A stretch of DNA of 64,000 nucleotides. Source: Minisyncoccota bacterium (GTDB lineage Bacteria; Patescibacteriota; Minisyncoccia; Phycocordibacterales; UBA9973). The stretch lies in NCBI GenBank assembly GCA_041664465.1, contig JBAYKP010000002.1, forward strand, positions 21,190 through 85,189. Reading direction: 5' to 3'. Every line of letters starts with the position of its first letter. Position 1 is the stretch's first letter. Of this stretch, positions 1 through 9,931 are shown in pieces. The position numbers and the translations under genes are program-made. The notes below the pieces were generated by a model. That model searched no databases. It had not been told where the DNA came from and worked only from the letters and a program-made list of their open reading frames with translations.

Positions 1-22
1 GCTTGTAGAAATAATCGGCTAA
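1..22 (+). CDS. rplC: 3' end of probable 50S protein L3 (partial)
   Basis: Frame ...LVEIIG* ends at 22, directly upstream of rplD; assigned by S10-operon gene order only. Confidence 0.6.
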
Positions 23-29
23 TTAATGA

Positions 30-72
30 CCACATGTCTGACATAGGGGAATCCCCCATGTCAGACATGTGG
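30..72. repeat. Near-perfect intergenic hairpin
   Basis: CCACATGTCTGACATAGGGG-AAT-CCCCCATGTCAGACATGTGG between rplC and rplD. Confidence 0.85.
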
Positions 73-81
73 ACAAACTTT

Positions 82-750
82 ATGGAAACACAAATATACA
101 ACCAAAAAGGTAAGTCTGTTGGTAAGTTTGAACTCCCAGAATCAATCTTTGGTGTGCCTTGGAATGGTGACTTAGTTCACCAAGTAGTGACTGCCATGCA
201 AGCTAATGCTCGCACACCAGTCGCTCATACCAAGGACAGATCTGAAGTTCGTGGAGGAGGTAGAAAGCCTTGGAAGCAGAAAGGTACAGGGCGCGCCAGA
301 CATGGATCATCTCGTTCCCCAATCTGGGTAGGTGGAGGAGTGGCTCACGGACCTAGAAATGAAAAGAGTTATGAACAAAAGATAAACAAAAAGATGAAAG
401 CCAAAGCTCTCTTTACAGTTCTCTCTGAGAAATTCCGAAAAGGGCAAATTATCTTCCTCGAAGAATTAAATCTTAAGAATATCAAAACGAAAGATGCTGT
501 CGCTGTAATAAAAGATTTAAGTTCTTTGAAAGGATTTGAAAAGATGATTGGTGGCAAAAAGCCAAATACATTTATTTCAGTTCCTGCAAAGGGAGATATA
601 GTTAAGAAGAGTTTTGCAAATATACAAACCGTCGAAGTCGATGAAGTTCGCAATATGAATCCAGTAGATTTGCTTGCTTATCGTTATATTATTATCTCAC
701 AGCCTACAGAGAGTATTGCTTTCTTAGGTGGTAAGATAGAAAAAAAGTAA
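82..750 (+). CDS. rplD: 50S ribosomal protein L4
   Basis: TKDRSEVRGGGRKPWKQKGTGRARHGS motif; start moved to ATG 82 because the upstream ATGs lie inside the hairpin. Confidence 0.97.
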   Translation: METQIYNQKGKSVGKFELPESIFGVPWNGDLVHQVVTAMQANARTPVAHTKDRSEVRGGGRKPWKQKGTGRARHGSSRSPIWVGGGVAHGPRNEKSYEQKINKKMKAKALFTVLSEKFRKGQIIFLEELNLKNIKTKDAVAVIKDLSSLKGFEKMIGGKKPNTFISVPAKGDIVKKSFANIQTVEVDEVRNMNPVDLLAYRYIIISQPTESIAFLGGKIEKK

Positions 751-751
751 T

Positions 752-1084
752 ATGACTACAACAAAAACAAAAAAGAATAAAGAAGAAGTAGTAGATGACA
801 CAAAGAAATTAAAAACTCATCCTCTAATCAAAGGAGTTCGTGTAACTGAGAAGGCTGCACTTGCAGCTGAGAAGGGAGCATACACTTTCAATGTAGAAGA
901 TAATGCAAACAAGAATGAAATAAAAAAAGCTATTAAATTAATTTATGGAGTAAACCCAGAACGCGTAGCCATAATTCAGATTAAAGAGAAGAAAGTTGTT
1001 CGTCGTGGAAAGATTGGCACAAAAAAGGGAGGCAAGAAAGCGGTCGTATTTTTAAAAAAGGGTGATAAAATAACTATTGCATAA
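752..1084 (+). CDS. rplW: 50S ribosomal protein L23
   Basis: VTEKA...YTFNV...ANKNEIKKAI...KKAVV motifs; synteny. Confidence 0.95.
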   Translation: MTTTKTKKNKEEVVDDTKKLKTHPLIKGVRVTEKAALAAEKGAYTFNVEDNANKNEIKKAIKLIYGVNPERVAIIQIKEKKVVRRGKIGTKKGGKKAVVFLKKGDKITIA

Positions 1085-1085
1085 T

Positions 1086-1937
1086 ATGAAAAAATACAAA
1101 CCAACAACGCCTTCAAAAAGGCACCAAACCACAGTTACTTACAGAAATATTCTAACCAAGAGTGAGCCACTTAAATCTTTAACTCATGGTTTCAAGAGAT
1201 CTGTCGGACGCAACAATCAGGGACGTATTACTGTTCGCCACAAAGGTGGAGGACACAAGAGACTTTATCGTGAAGTGGACTTTATGTACAACAAGCATGA
1301 TATTCCTGCCAAGATAGCTTCTATTGAATATGATCCAAATCGTAATGCATTTATAGGCTTGGCCGTTTATGCAGATGGCGAGAAGCGTTATGTCGTTCTT
1401 CCAAAGTCAGTAAAGGTTGGAGACAAATTTATGGTAAGTGAAAAGGCACCATTAACTGTCGGAAACCGCTTACCACTTAAATATATTCCAGTTGGTACTT
1501 TTGTTTACTGCGTTGAAATCAAGGCAGGGAACGGAGGAAAATTAGCACGTAGTGCAGGAGTGTTCGGACAAGTAGTAGCAAACGACCTAGGATATACAAA
1601 CATCAAAATGCCATCAACAGAAGTCCGCAAAGTTTCTGAGAATGCTTGGGCAAGTATTGGCGAAGTTTCAAACTCTGAATACATACTTCAAAATATAGGT
1701 AAAGCAGGACGTTCTCGCTGGCTCGGAATTCGCCCTACAGTTCGTGGAACTGCTATGAACCCAGTAGACCATCCACACGGTGGAGGGGAAGGACGCCAAG
1801 GACGTGGTCTCCGCAGAGCAAAAACTATGTGGGGTAAGCCATCAGGAAAAGGCCAGAAGACTCGTACTCCAAAGAAATATTCAAATATGTGGGTTGTTTC
1901 AAGAAGAAAAGTTGGAAAGGCAAAGAGTTCAAAATAG
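1086..1937 (+). CDS. rplB: 50S ribosomal protein L2
   Basis: GRNNQGRITVRHKGGGHKR and RGTAMNPVDHPHGGGEG motifs. Confidence 0.98.
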   Translation: MKKYKPTTPSKRHQTTVTYRNILTKSEPLKSLTHGFKRSVGRNNQGRITVRHKGGGHKRLYREVDFMYNKHDIPAKIASIEYDPNRNAFIGLAVYADGEKRYVVLPKSVKVGDKFMVSEKAPLTVGNRLPLKYIPVGTFVYCVEIKAGNGGKLARSAGVFGQVVANDLGYTNIKMPSTEVRKVSENAWASIGEVSNSEYILQNIGKAGRSRWLGIRPTVRGTAMNPVDHPHGGGEGRQGRGLRRAKTMWGKPSGKGQKTRTPKKYSNMWVVSRRKVGKAKSSK

Positions 1938-1940
1938 AGA

Positions 1941-2139
1941 CCCCTCAGTCCTACGGACAGCTCCTTACAGGAGCAGTACACCTTTCACATTTTGATTACA
2001 AAACGTTCAAGGTCTTGCGTTTGGGTCCCCTCCCAAACTCACCCCTTAGCAGGGGAGCAAAAACACACCCTAGAGTTAGGGTGTGTTTTGAATTTTCCTC
2101 CCCTGTGAAGGGGAGGTGGCTCTTAGCCGGAGGGGTGTT
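1941..2139. repeat. Cluster of REP-like GC-rich palindromes
   Basis: CCCCTCAGTCCTACGGACAGCTCC..., CCCCTTAGCAGGGG, AAAACACACCCTA..TAGGGTGTGTTTT and CTCCCCTGTGAAGGGGAG..GGAGGGG; related to 25724-25822 and 62878-62970. Confidence 0.75.
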
Positions 2140-2150
2140 ATAATAAGAAA

Positions 2151-2528
2151 ATGGAAAAAATTAATGAAAAGAAAAGATTTTCAATTGTGGCGAGGGCGAA
2201 AAGTTTCACTCATGCAATTCGGGGGATTGGGGTATTGGTCAAAAGTACTCACAACTTTTGGATTCATATACTTGCAGCTATCATGGTTACTATTTTGGGT
2301 TATGTTTTAAAAATTTCTAATACAGAATGGATATTACTCGTATTTGCTATTGGTTTCGTAATGGTGACTGAGGCTATCAATACTGCGATAGAGATAGATA
2401 TAGACCTCACAAGTCCTACATACCATCCTTATGCTCGCGATACCAAGGATGTCGCTGCGGGTGCAGTTCTTATATCTGCCATTGTAGCAGTGATTGTAGG
2501 ATTGATAATATTTTTACCAAAAATATAA
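2151..2528 (+). CDS. dgkA: Diacylglycerol/undecaprenol kinase family protein
   Basis: SFTHAIRG...EAINTAIE...DTKDVAAGAVL, three TM segments. Confidence 0.92.
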   Translation: MEKINEKKRFSIVARAKSFTHAIRGIGVLVKSTHNFWIHILAAIMVTILGYVLKISNTEWILLVFAIGFVMVTEAINTAIEIDIDLTSPTYHPYARDTKDVAAGAVLISAIVAVIVGLIIFLPKI

Positions 2529-2530
2529 AT

Positions 2531-3337
2531 TTACCTATATTTATTTATTTCATCACGGAGTTTTCTCGCTTCTTCTTTAGGATTATCACTCCATATAATT
2601 GCTCGGGCGGAATTTATTATTAGACCAAGTCCTTCTTTATTCACTCCTTTGGTTATAATATTTTTTACTTCTCCTCCTTGAGCGCCAATACCTGGGACTA
2701 AGAATGTCATATCTTTTGCAATTGCGCGAGCTTCTATGAGATCATCTGGATTGGTGCCTCCCATCACAATCATTAAATTATTATTTGTATTCCATTCATT
2801 GCTAATTTTTTTAACAATGTATTTCCAAAGAGTTTCTTTATTTTCTAAAACGCAATCTTGGAATTCTCCTGCTCCAATGTTTGAAGTTCTAGCAAGAATT
2901 ATGGAGCATTTATCTTTTCTTTCTAGAAAAGGTTTTAAGGCCTCACTTCCTAGATATGGGTTCACTGTCACGGCATCAAATAGAAGCCAATCAAAGATAG
3001 AAGTGGCATAACCATTATTTGTATTTCCTATATCGGCTCTTTTAGCATCAAGAATAGTGAAAGCATCCCCATATTTTGAATTGATATAGTCCACTGTTTT
3101 TTTAAGGGCTTCCATTCCCTCTGTCCCGCGAGCTTCATAGAAAGCTACGTTAGGTTTGAAAGCCGCTGCATATTCATAAGTATTATCAATAATATATTTA
3201 TTGAATTGGAATTGTGCTTCGCTCCCTCCGAGGCTTTTGTATTTCTCAGGCAATTTATCAAAGTCAGCATCAAGGCCAACACATACGAGTGAATTTATTT
3301 TTCTAGCTCTTTCATTATATTTTTCTATAGGATTCAT
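2531..3337 (-). CDS. pyrF: Orotidine-5'-phosphate decarboxylase
   Basis: CVGLD, KPNVAFYE, ILDAKRADIGNT, LVPGIGAQGG. Confidence 0.96.
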   Translation of the reverse strand: MNPIEKYNERARKINSLVCVGLDADFDKLPEKYKSLGGSEAQFQFNKYIIDNTYEYAAAFKPNVAFYEARGTEGMEALKKTVDYINSKYGDAFTILDAKRADIGNTNNGYATSIFDWLLFDAVTVNPYLGSEALKPFLERKDKCSIILARTSNIGAGEFQDCVLENKETLWKYIVKKISNEWNTNNNLMIVMGGTNPDDLIEARAIAKDMTFLVPGIGAQGGEVKNIITKGVNKEGLGLIINSARAIIWSDNPKEEARKLRDEINKYR

Positions 3338-3364
3338 CCCGTGTGAAATTTATCTATTAATTAT

Positions 3365-4003
3365 TTATTGAAAACCATATTTCTTAGCCCAATTATGTGG
3401 ATTCCCATACCATTTTTTTACCATTACGCCGTCCATTTCTCCAATTACTCCCGAAGAAATTGCTTCACCAAAAATAATAGGGAAAGATGTCGTAGGATAA
3501 AGCTTCACCTTGGCTTTTTTGAAAGCCTCTTTTGCTTCATTAAAATCATAGCTTACAATTACTAAGCAGTCATTTACTATGCCTCCTTCATTGCGGATAG
3601 ATTCAATCCCTGCCAAGCTACTTCCACCAGTAGAAATCAAGTCCTCAATAAGTAAGACTTTTTTACCAGAAACATTACCTCCTTCAATCATACTTTTTGT
3701 CCCGTGCTCTTTGGCCTTTTTCCTGACGAAGATAGAAGGTTTATCCAACAAGAATCCCAAGGCTGCGCTGTGAGGTATACCACCTGATTCAACACCTGCG
3801 ATAATATCAAAATCAATTTTATTTTTCTCTATAATTTCTTTAAAACCATTTAGAACTATTTTCCATTCTTTGGGATGGAATGGAAGCTTCCTATTATCTA
3901 CATAGACTGGCGACTTGATGCCTGACTTGAAAGTTATCGGATTATCAATAGTAAAGCCGACAGCTTTTATTTTTATGAGGGCTTGAGCAATTTCTTTCTC
4001 CAT
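3365..4003 (-). CDS. pyrE: Orotate phosphoribosyltransferase
   Basis: FKSGIKSPVYVD, VRKKAKEHG, PRPP motif LLIEDLISTGGS. Confidence 0.96.
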   Translation of the reverse strand: MEKEIAQALIKIKAVGFTIDNPITFKSGIKSPVYVDNRKLPFHPKEWKIVLNGFKEIIEKNKIDFDIIAGVESGGIPHSAALGFLLDKPSIFVRKKAKEHGTKSMIEGGNVSGKKVLLIEDLISTGGSSLAGIESIRNEGGIVNDCLVIVSYDFNEAKEAFKKAKVKLYPTTSFPIIFGEAISSGVIGEMDGVMVKKWYGNPHNWAKKYGFQ

Positions 4004-4012
4004 CAGTTCATA

Positions 4013-5077
4013 TTATAAGTTTTTAATCTCTTCTGCAAGGTAAGGGTTCCACATTGCACCAGTTGCCGACATCACGATATCGGCTCCAGCTTTGCGATAT
4101 TCTTTGAAATCTTCTTTCTTGGTGACTCCGCCCACTCCGATAATAGTGTATTTATAATGGAGTTCTTGGCGAATCTTTCTTAATCTTCTAACCATTTGAA
4201 GTCCTGCCCACTTGATAGAATATCCGCATACTCCACATCGTAGTCTATTCTCCCCGGGCAATGCTTGCTTGCCGTTTCGGTCTACTATACTAGATGCGAT
4301 TGTATTGATCGCTGAGATGCCATCTACAATTTTCCCAACTTGTTTTACAAAATCTTTCAAAAGAGTATTGTCTTCAAAATAGGCAATTTTTATAATAAGA
4401 GGTAATTTGCCGATTTCTTGTTTAATTGCACGGGCTACAGCCACACTACGATCCGTATCAAAGCATAGAAGATTAGTCGTTCCTTCATTGGGGCAACTTA
4501 GATTCACTTCAAAAACTTTTACGCCAGATTCTTTCAGAAGTTTAGCTGTTTTACGAAAATCATTTATGTAAGATTCTACATCACCATCTTCATTTTTAAT
4601 TCCTTGAAATGCTCCGACGACAATCTGTCCCTTCTTGGTATTTTTTATAACATTAGCGATGTCTTTTTGCCAAAACTTTGGATTTAAAGAAGGAACTCCG
4701 AATGAATTTGTTATAGAAAGTGGTTCGTGAAAATTATGATTAGCGATGAGTTTACCCTTTGCTTTTTCTAATGTTAGATCTCCCTTTATGTCGACTGATA
4801 GGATGTTGGGCCACTTATGGCAAGGGAATTCCTTACTACGGACGGTCTTGTAAGTTACAATATCGAAGCCTTTATTTAAAGCTCCTTTTACAAATTTCCC
4901 ATTGATGAGAGGGCCGGCTGGAATACCGAAAGGTGAATACACCTTGTGTCCGAAAAAGTTATATTGTGGTTCACTTTTTTGCTCTACTACTTTTTTATCA
5001 GCAAAATATCCAAACGGCCCATCTTTTAGATTTTCCTCATAAGTTTTTTCTGGATCGTAAAAAGGTTTTTGAAGCAT
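4013..5077 (-). CDS. pyrD: Dihydroorotate dehydrogenase family protein
   Basis: GIPAGP, YKT, NLSCPN catalytic loop, AINT, IIGVGG; lies in the pyr cluster. Confidence 0.85.
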   Translation of the reverse strand: MLQKPFYDPEKTYEENLKDGPFGYFADKKVVEQKSEPQYNFFGHKVYSPFGIPAGPLINGKFVKGALNKGFDIVTYKTVRSKEFPCHKWPNILSVDIKGDLTLEKAKGKLIANHNFHEPLSITNSFGVPSLNPKFWQKDIANVIKNTKKGQIVVGAFQGIKNEDGDVESYINDFRKTAKLLKESGVKVFEVNLSCPNEGTTNLLCFDTDRSVAVARAIKQEIGKLPLIIKIAYFEDNTLLKDFVKQVGKIVDGISAINTIASSIVDRNGKQALPGENRLRCGVCGYSIKWAGLQMVRRLRKIRQELHYKYTIIGVGGVTKKEDFKEYRKAGADIVMSATGAMWNPYLAEEIKNL

Positions 5078-5081
5078 AAAT

Positions 5082-6140
5082 TTATTTATTATTAATTATC
5101 ACACCATTTTCTAAAATTTTCTCTCCATTTATCACGACTGTTTGTGGTTTGCCGTAGAGAGTCATTCCTTCAAAGGGGGACCAGCCGCATTTACTTTCAT
5201 ATCCATTCTTTCCTGCGATATATGAAAGCTTTGGGTCAAGTTCTATATAAGTATCATTCTGATCTGGAATATTGAAAATCTTTTTAGGATTGGTATATAG
5301 AAATTTTATGACTTCCTCATTCGTGATACGTCCATCTTGCACAGCCTTATACATAAGCCCTAACGTCGTCTCAAGTCCGGGGACTCCAAAGGCGGGAGAT
5401 TTGCCGTCTGTCCCTATCTGTTTTTCTTCTTTGGTATGTGGAGCATGATCTGACTCTACTATATCAATAGTGCCATCTTTTAATCCTTCCCACAACGCTT
5501 CTATATCTTCACGATCTCCTAGCGGTGGTTTCATCATAGCGTAGCCCTTTAAATCTTCCAGAGCTTCCTTTGTAAAATATAAATGATGAGGAGTTACTCC
5601 GGCAGTTACTTCCTGCCCTCTTCTCTTTGCTTCTCTTACCATCTCTACTTCGCTTTTTTGTGAAATATGACATACGTGAAGTCTTCTCTTGTATTTGTCT
5701 CCTAGCGAAAGGACTCTCGCAAGTTGCTCTCCTTCAGCGTGGACGAGTATTGGCTTTGGAGAATTCCAATTAGAAAAAACATCTTCAAGTAATTTAGAAT
5801 CTTCAATTAGCATTTCACCTGTTGTATGGTTGCAATAAACTTTTAAGCCAAAGACATTTGGGGATTCTATCGCATAGATAAATTCTTCAATATTTTTTCC
5901 ATTAGTTCCGAAATGAAATCCAATATTACACAAAGCCTTTTCTTTTGATAAGTTAACTTTTTCTTCTAGTCTGATGCGGGATATCGTAGGGGTAGGGTTG
6001 TTCGGCATATCAACGATAAAAGTGAATCCTCCAGCGATAGCAGCTCGACTTCCGGTATAGAAATCTTCTTTATGGGTGCTCCCTGGTTCGCGTAGATGAA
6101 CGTGGATATCAATTAATCCCGGAATCTTTTGTAATGACAT
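5082..6140 (-). CDS. pyrC: Dihydroorotase
   Basis: PGLIDIHVHLREPG, DMPN, VTPHHL, SDHAPH. Confidence 0.94.
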   Translation of the reverse strand: MSLQKIPGLIDIHVHLREPGSTHKEDFYTGSRAAIAGGFTFIVDMPNNPTPTISRIRLEEKVNLSKEKALCNIGFHFGTNGKNIEEFIYAIESPNVFGLKVYCNHTTGEMLIEDSKLLEDVFSNWNSPKPILVHAEGEQLARVLSLGDKYKRRLHVCHISQKSEVEMVREAKRRGQEVTAGVTPHHLYFTKEALEDLKGYAMMKPPLGDREDIEALWEGLKDGTIDIVESDHAPHTKEEKQIGTDGKSPAFGVPGLETTLGLMYKAVQDGRITNEEVIKFLYTNPKKIFNIPDQNDTYIELDPKLSYIAGKNGYESKCGWSPFEGMTLYGKPQTVVINGEKILENGVIINNK

Positions 6141-6196
6141 AGACACATATTACCATTTTTGCTAAAAAAGCAAAAAACCATGGGGATATAAGTGGG

Positions 6197-6224
6197 TTGA
6201 CTTTTATTTTAGATTTGATAGTAT
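6197..6224 (+). promoter_or_regulatory. Sigma70-type promoter re-starting the operon at rpsS
   Basis: TTGACT-16 nt-TAGTAT with extended-10 TG. Confidence 0.65.
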
Positions 6225-6273
6225 GAATCAACAGCTCGTTTGAGCTTATTTATATTGCAAAACATTAAAACAA

Positions 6274-6618
6274 ATGACAAGATCACTAAAGAAAGGACCA
6301 TATGTAGATGAAAGGCTTTTGAAAAAGATTGCCGGAAAGAAACCACTTGAAACTGGCGTTATTAAGACTTGGTCTCGTGCCTGCGTCATCTCACCAGAGA
6401 TGGTTGGTTTCGTATTTGGAGTCCATAATGGTAAGGTTCATGTAGAAGTACTCGTCAGTGAAGATATGGTAGGTCACCGACTTGGTGAATTCTCTCTCAC
6501 TCGTAAGTTCGTCCGACACGGAGGTAAGATGCAGAAAGAACTTGAAGCAAAGAAGAAAGAATCAGAGATAACCGCAGCAAAGTCAGCTAAAGCCGCAACA
6601 GATACTAAGAAAAAATAA
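6274..6618 (+). CDS. rpsS: 30S ribosomal protein S19
   Basis: [28 protein letters not shown]. Confidence 0.98.
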   Translation: MTRSLKKGPYVDERLLKKIAGKKPLETGVIKTWSRACVISPEMVGFVFGVHNGKVHVEVLVSEDMVGHRLGEFSLTRKFVRHGGKMQKELEAKKKESEITAAKSAKAATDTKKK

Positions 6619-6628
6619 TTAATCTAAT

Positions 6629-7051
6629 ATGAAAGCATTTTTAAAAAATTACAGACAGTCTCCTCGCAAGGTTCGCCTTGTAGCAGACTTAATCAAAGGG
6701 AAAAGGGTTTCCGAGGCTTTTACGCAATTAGAGAACTTGCCTAAGAGAGCTTCTTTACCTGTAAAGAAGCTCTTGGCTTCAGCTGTCGCTAATGCCAAAA
6801 GTGCAGGAATAAATGAAGCTGATCTATACATAGCCAATGTCACAGTCAATGAAGGTATAGTTATGAAGCGTTCAATGCCTCGTGCACGTGGATCGGCTTC
6901 TCGAATCAACAAGAGAACTAGCCATATAATGCTTACTCTTATCGAGAAAAATGAAGCGAAAGTTAAAAAAGTTGTCAAAGAAGTTAAAGTAGAGAAGAAA
7001 GTGGCAGTTAAGAAGTCGAAAACAGTTAAAAAGCTAGAACCTAAAAACTAG
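6629..7051 (+). CDS. rplV: 50S ribosomal protein L22 with K/V-rich tail
   Basis: RQSPRKVRLVADLIKG, PRARGSASRINKRTSHI. Confidence 0.97.
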   Translation: MKAFLKNYRQSPRKVRLVADLIKGKRVSEAFTQLENLPKRASLPVKKLLASAVANAKSAGINEADLYIANVTVNEGIVMKRSMPRARGSASRINKRTSHIMLTLIEKNEAKVKKVVKEVKVEKKVAVKKSKTVKKLEPKN

Positions 7052-7064
7052 AACCTATAACCTA
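7034..7064 (+). repeat. Degenerate heptamer tandem repeat (CTARAAC-like)
   Basis: ctagaac ctaaaaa ctagaac ctataac cta across the rplV stop. Confidence 0.6.
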
Positions 7065-7073
7065 TTTAAATAT

Positions 7074-7757
7074 ATGTCAAAAGTTGTCCATCCATACGCA
7101 CATAGATTAGTAACCTTAAGAGATTGGAAGTCTCGCTGGTTTGCCGATAAGAAATACAAAGATTTGCTCAAGAGTGATGTTGTTATTCGTGAATTTCTTA
7201 TGAAGAAGTTGCGTGGTTTTTATATTTCTAGAATTGAAATAGACAGAAGTGCTAAGGCCACGAAAGTTATGGTTTTCACATCTCGCCCTGGTATGATCAT
7301 TGGCCGTTCTGGTGAAGGTGTCTCTAAACTTAAAGGAGAATTAACTGCTGTTATGAAGAAGCACAATGTCATCATCCCTGAAGATTTCAAATTTGATATA
7401 GTAGAAGTTACCAATCCAGATGCTGATGCTGCAATTGTAGCTTGTATGATTGCCGAAGGTCTTGAGAAGCGTCTTCCTTTCCGCCGTGTTATGAAGCAAA
7501 CAATTGAGAAAGTAATGACTGCCCGTGGAGTGAAAGGAGCTCGTATATATCTAGGAGGACGATTGGGAGGTGCCGAGATTGCTCGTAGTGAGCAGATCAA
7601 ACGTGGTTCTATTCCTCTTCAGACTTTCCGTGCTGATGTAGATTTCGCTCGCGAGAAAGCTCATATGAGTTATGGAGATATTGGTATTAAAGTTTGGATT
7701 TATCGTGGAGAAATTTTTAATAGTAATGAGAAAAACCCTCCAAAAGTGGGCCGATAA
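7074..7757 (+). CDS. rpsC: 30S ribosomal protein S3
   Basis: SRPGMIIGRSG, GRLGGAEIARSE, PLQTFRADVD. Confidence 0.98.
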   Translation: MSKVVHPYAHRLVTLRDWKSRWFADKKYKDLLKSDVVIREFLMKKLRGFYISRIEIDRSAKATKVMVFTSRPGMIIGRSGEGVSKLKGELTAVMKKHNVIIPEDFKFDIVEVTNPDADAAIVACMIAEGLEKRLPFRRVMKQTIEKVMTARGVKGARIYLGGRLGGAEIARSEQIKRGSIPLQTFRADVDFAREKAHMSYGDIGIKVWIYRGEIFNSNEKNPPKVGR

Positions 7758-7763
7758 AATTTT

Positions 7764-8180
7764 ATGTTAACACCGAAAAAAGTAAAATATAGAAAATGGC
7801 AAACAAGTAGAACTGATATGACGAAAGTCACTCCAGACACTCGTGGTATTACTGTGGCTTTTGGAGCTTATGGACTTAAGGCTATCTCAGGTGGACGTGT
7901 TCGTGCAAATCAGATAGAATCAGCTCGTAAAGCAGGGCACAGAGCTCTCGGTAAGACTGGACGTATGTGGACTCGCATATTCCCTGACAGACCTTTCACC
8001 GCAAAGCCTGCTGAAGTAGGAATGGGAAAAGGAAAAGGAGATCCACAAGGTTATTGTTTGGATGTTCGTCCAGGTAGAATACTTTTTGAAGTAGATGGAA
8101 TAGGCGAAGTTATGGCCAAAGAAGCTCTTCGCAAAGCAGGGACCAAATTACCAGTGAAAACTCGCATCGTAGCAAGATAA
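7764..8180 (+). CDS. rplP: 50S ribosomal protein L16
   Basis: [22 protein letters not shown]. Confidence 0.98.
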   Translation: MLTPKKVKYRKWQTSRTDMTKVTPDTRGITVAFGAYGLKAISGGRVRANQIESARKAGHRALGKTGRMWTRIFPDRPFTAKPAEVGMGKGKGDPQGYCLDVRPGRILFEVDGIGEVMAKEALRKAGTKLPVKTRIVAR

Positions 8181-8184
8181 TAAT

Positions 8185-8427
8185 ATGGAAACAAAAATCA
8201 AAAAAACAAATAAAATTTTAAAAGGAGTCGTCGTTTCAGACAAGATGGACAAGACTGTTGTTGTGGAGGTGACTCGCTTTGTGGAGCACAAGAAATATGG
8301 CAAGAGAATTAAGAAGACCAAGAACTACAAAGCTCATGATGAAAATAATGTAAAGAAAGTAGGAGATATAGTCGAAATAGAAGAGACAAAGCCAATGTCT
8401 AAAGATAAGCATTTTAAAATAATCTAA
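8185..8427 (+). CDS. rpsQ: 30S ribosomal protein S17
   Basis: [30 protein letters not shown]. Confidence 0.98.
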   Translation: METKIKKTNKILKGVVVSDKMDKTVVVEVTRFVEHKKYGKRIKKTKNYKAHDENNVKKVGDIVEIEETKPMSKDKHFKII

Positions 8428-8434
8428 AAAACAT

Positions 8435-8806
8435 ATGATTCAAGACGGAACAGTAGTAGTAATAACAGATAATGCCGGCGGTAAAGTCGGAAAGGTTTTC
8501 AAAGTACTTGGTTCTTCCAAGAAGCGTTATGCTGCAATAGGTGAGAAGGTTATGATCTCAGTTAAGATTGCTGATCCTCGTAAGGCCGTCAAGAAGAAAG
8601 ATGTCCACCAAGCTGTTGTTGTCCGTACTGTCAAAGCTTATAGACGTAAGGATGGCTCATATATTCGTTTCGATGATAATGCTGTCGTGATTCTTGAAAA
8701 GGATAAGCTTGATCCAAAGGGAGGTCGCGTATTTGGTCCTATTCCACGTGAGCTTGCTGAAAAGGGTTACCAGAAAATTATTTCATTAGCACAGGAAGTT
8801 ATTTAA
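8435..8806 (+). CDS. rplN: 50S ribosomal protein L14
   Basis: [31 protein letters not shown]. Confidence 0.98.
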   Translation: MIQDGTVVVITDNAGGKVGKVFKVLGSSKKRYAAIGEKVMISVKIADPRKAVKKKDVHQAVVVRTVKAYRRKDGSYIRFDDNAVVILEKDKLDPKGGRVFGPIPRELAEKGYQKIISLAQEVI

Positions 8807-8810
8807 ATAT

Positions 8811-9029
8811 ATGAAAATCAAAAAAGGAGACAATGTAATAGTTATCGCAGGCGCAAGTAAAGGCAAGAAAGGTAAAGTCTTAAAGGCAGTTCCATCTTTA
8901 AATAAAGTTGTAGTGGAGGGGGTCAATACTCGCAAGAAAGCTCACAAGTCAAAGAACAAAGGAGACCCAAGTCAGATATTAGAAATTTCTATGCCAGTTC
9001 ATGTATCTAATGTTAAGAAAATAGATTAA
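8811..9029 (+). CDS. rplX: 50S ribosomal protein L24 (short form)
   Basis: [16 protein letters not shown] motif, PVHVSNV. Confidence 0.95.
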   Translation: MKIKKGDNVIVIAGASKGKKGKVLKAVPSLNKVVVEGVNTRKKAHKSKNKGDPSQILEISMPVHVSNVKKID

Positions 9030-9036
9030 AAATATT

Positions 9037-9576
9037 ATGGAAACAGTAAAACAAAAAGAGAAGAAAGCGTTTAAAGAACTTAAGGCCAAGTATGGTTACA
9101 AGAATGTTATGGCTGCACCTCACCTTGTAAAGGTAGTGGTAGCTTCAGGCACTGGCTCAGGTTTAAAGCGCAACAAAGATCACAACAAACTAGTCCTTGA
9201 AAGACTTGCCAAGATTACAGGTCAGAAGCCAGCTACCAAGAGTGCCAAGAAGTCCATTGCATCATTTAAGATTCGTCTTGGTGACCCAGTAGGAGTAATG
9301 GTAACTCTAAGAGGAGCTCGTATGTATGGATTCCTAGACAAGCTTATAAACGTAGCCATCCCTCGTACGAAGGACTTCCGTGGAATCGACCGCAAAATCG
9401 TGGACAATATCGGCAACCTTACTATGAGTATCAAAGAGCATACCATCTTTCCTGAAACAGGAGATGAAGAATTGAAAGACGTCTTTGGACTTGCCGTTAC
9501 TCTAGTCACCACAGCCAAGACCAAAGCCGAAGCCACAGAATTCTTTGAACTTATCGGTGTACCATTTAAGAAATAA
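9037..9576 (+). CDS. rplE: 50S ribosomal protein L5
   Basis: ITGQKP, SIASFKIR, VTLRG, IPRTKDFRG. Confidence 0.98.
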   Translation: METVKQKEKKAFKELKAKYGYKNVMAAPHLVKVVVASGTGSGLKRNKDHNKLVLERLAKITGQKPATKSAKKSIASFKIRLGDPVGVMVTLRGARMYGFLDKLINVAIPRTKDFRGIDRKIVDNIGNLTMSIKEHTIFPETGDEELKDVFGLAVTLVTTAKTKAEATEFFELIGVPFKK

Positions 9577-9589
9577 TTTAGATTACTTT

Positions 9590-9616
9590 AAAATACCCCC
9601 AAACGGGGGTATTTTT
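9590..9616 (+). terminator. Intrinsic terminator after rplE
   Basis: AAAATACCCCC-AAAC-GGGGGTATTTTT. Confidence 0.75.
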
Positions 9617-9677
9617 GTAGATAAGCTTATATCATAATGGTTTACCGAAGCAAGGCTTCGGTGGGGTATAAATATTT

Positions 9678-9899
9678 TTATATTTCTTTCATTATATTTT
9701 TAATTTTTAGCGATTCGTACATCTTTTTACTGAAAACCTCTTTTAAGAAAGCTGTAGTTTTCTTCTTCCCTTTATACCAGATGAAACCTAAAATGATAAG
9801 GAATGTAGTACCTGGCACAGGAGTGAAATAAAACACTATACCCACTATTATAAATATGATTCCAAGTATTTTGTGTATTTTTATTGACCTTTCTTTCAT
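9678..9899 (-). CDS. Small membrane protein
   Basis: 73 aa, two hydrophobic segments around TPVPG. Confidence 0.7.
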   Translation of the reverse strand: MKERSIKIHKILGIIFIIVGIVFYFTPVPGTTFLIILGFIWYKGKKKTTAFLKEVFSKKMYESLKIKNIMKEI

Positions 9900-9931
9900 A
9901 ATGATTTGATTATAACACTATTTATAGTAAC

